NCBI GenBank assembly: GCA_040285855.1
Contig: JAUFOQ010000016.1
Location: forward strand, 2,294,001 to 2,358,000
Length of the DNA stretch: 64,000 bases
Reading direction: 5' to 3'
Source of the DNA: Eukaryota sp. GEM-RC1
Taxonomy: Eukaryota
Below the pieces are notes generated by a model. That model ran no database searches. It saw only the letters and a list, made by a program, of their open reading frames with translations, and was not told the DNA's origin. A program made the position numbers and the translations under genes. Shown one piece after another: positions 63,359-64,000 of this stretch (positions are counted from its first letter, which is position 1; every line of letters begins with the position of its first letter).

Positions 63359-64000
63359 TGATCGCTTGTTCTCCGTTTGGCTTTGAACACACACAGTTTA
63401 GGTGCATGGCCATGACTCTCTCACTCATGGTCTTAGAGCAGATCTAAAGCAAATAGTCCTAAAAGCTCTCAGTAATATTTTTTTAGGAATTATATTGAGA
63501 GTTCAGTAACTAATAGTAGTAGTCGAGGCCTTGAGACTCAAGGCAATGACACGAGAAATTTATAATAAAGTTAACTTCATCCAGACTTCAATATCAATTG
63601 GTTTGAACATCCTTTTCACGACATTTTGAAATCACATAAAACAGATACATCACTCTAATATAGCTCTTTATCGTATGATTGAGAACTCCAGTCGAAAACA
63701 TTCATTGATGACCCTGATTACACACAACATTCAGTAAAGACAAAAAGACAAGATAACTCGAGAATTGCATATAAACAACTTTGTCAGAAAAAAAGACTGG
63801 AAGAGCAACGAGTAGTATAATTACAATGTAGAAAAGTATTATTCCAAATCCATTCAAATCCTTGTCTTCTGACCACACAATACATACTGACAAAATCACT
63901 GACAAATTTTCTTGTTTTCAACCTGATGGGCCCCTACACATGAGAGAGGTATAAAGATAAACGTAGTTATAGCGCTGTGGGATGAACAGGTTTGGATACA

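Noticed and set aside
63702..64000. Hydrophobic minus-strand ORF at the window edge
   Set aside because: Too short, no ATG-supported start and truncated context; cannot be assigned.

Overview
Eukaryotic nuclear DNA, not prokaryotic. Evidence: tRNA-Gly without encoded CCA followed by an oligo-T terminator, a GT-AG intron, and genes resembling MED14, DBR1, SMG8, DZIP1 and doublecortin. The sequence is AT-rich, gene-dense and very intron-poor, and probably comes from a flagellated protist (inference). About 36% of the window is one ~23-kb gene (14400-37354) for a predicted ~7,600-aa single-pass surface protein with ~4.8 tandem 1224-bp repeats. Most long genes are split by single-base indels, usually in homopolymer runs, most simply read as long-read consensus errors. 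Intergenic DNA holds two hAT elements with perfect 8-bp target-site duplications, a Mutator/SWIM relic, three 3'-end relics of a probable RLE non-LTR retrotransposon, and an inverted duplication of a BTB-like gene. The most unusual signal is an intact 2A/StopGo ribosome-skipping motif (DLTVDGDIECNPG/P) at the start of a short ORF followed by decayed zinc-finger-like sequence (57129-57700). All family assignments come from my recognition of motifs by eye; no searches were run.
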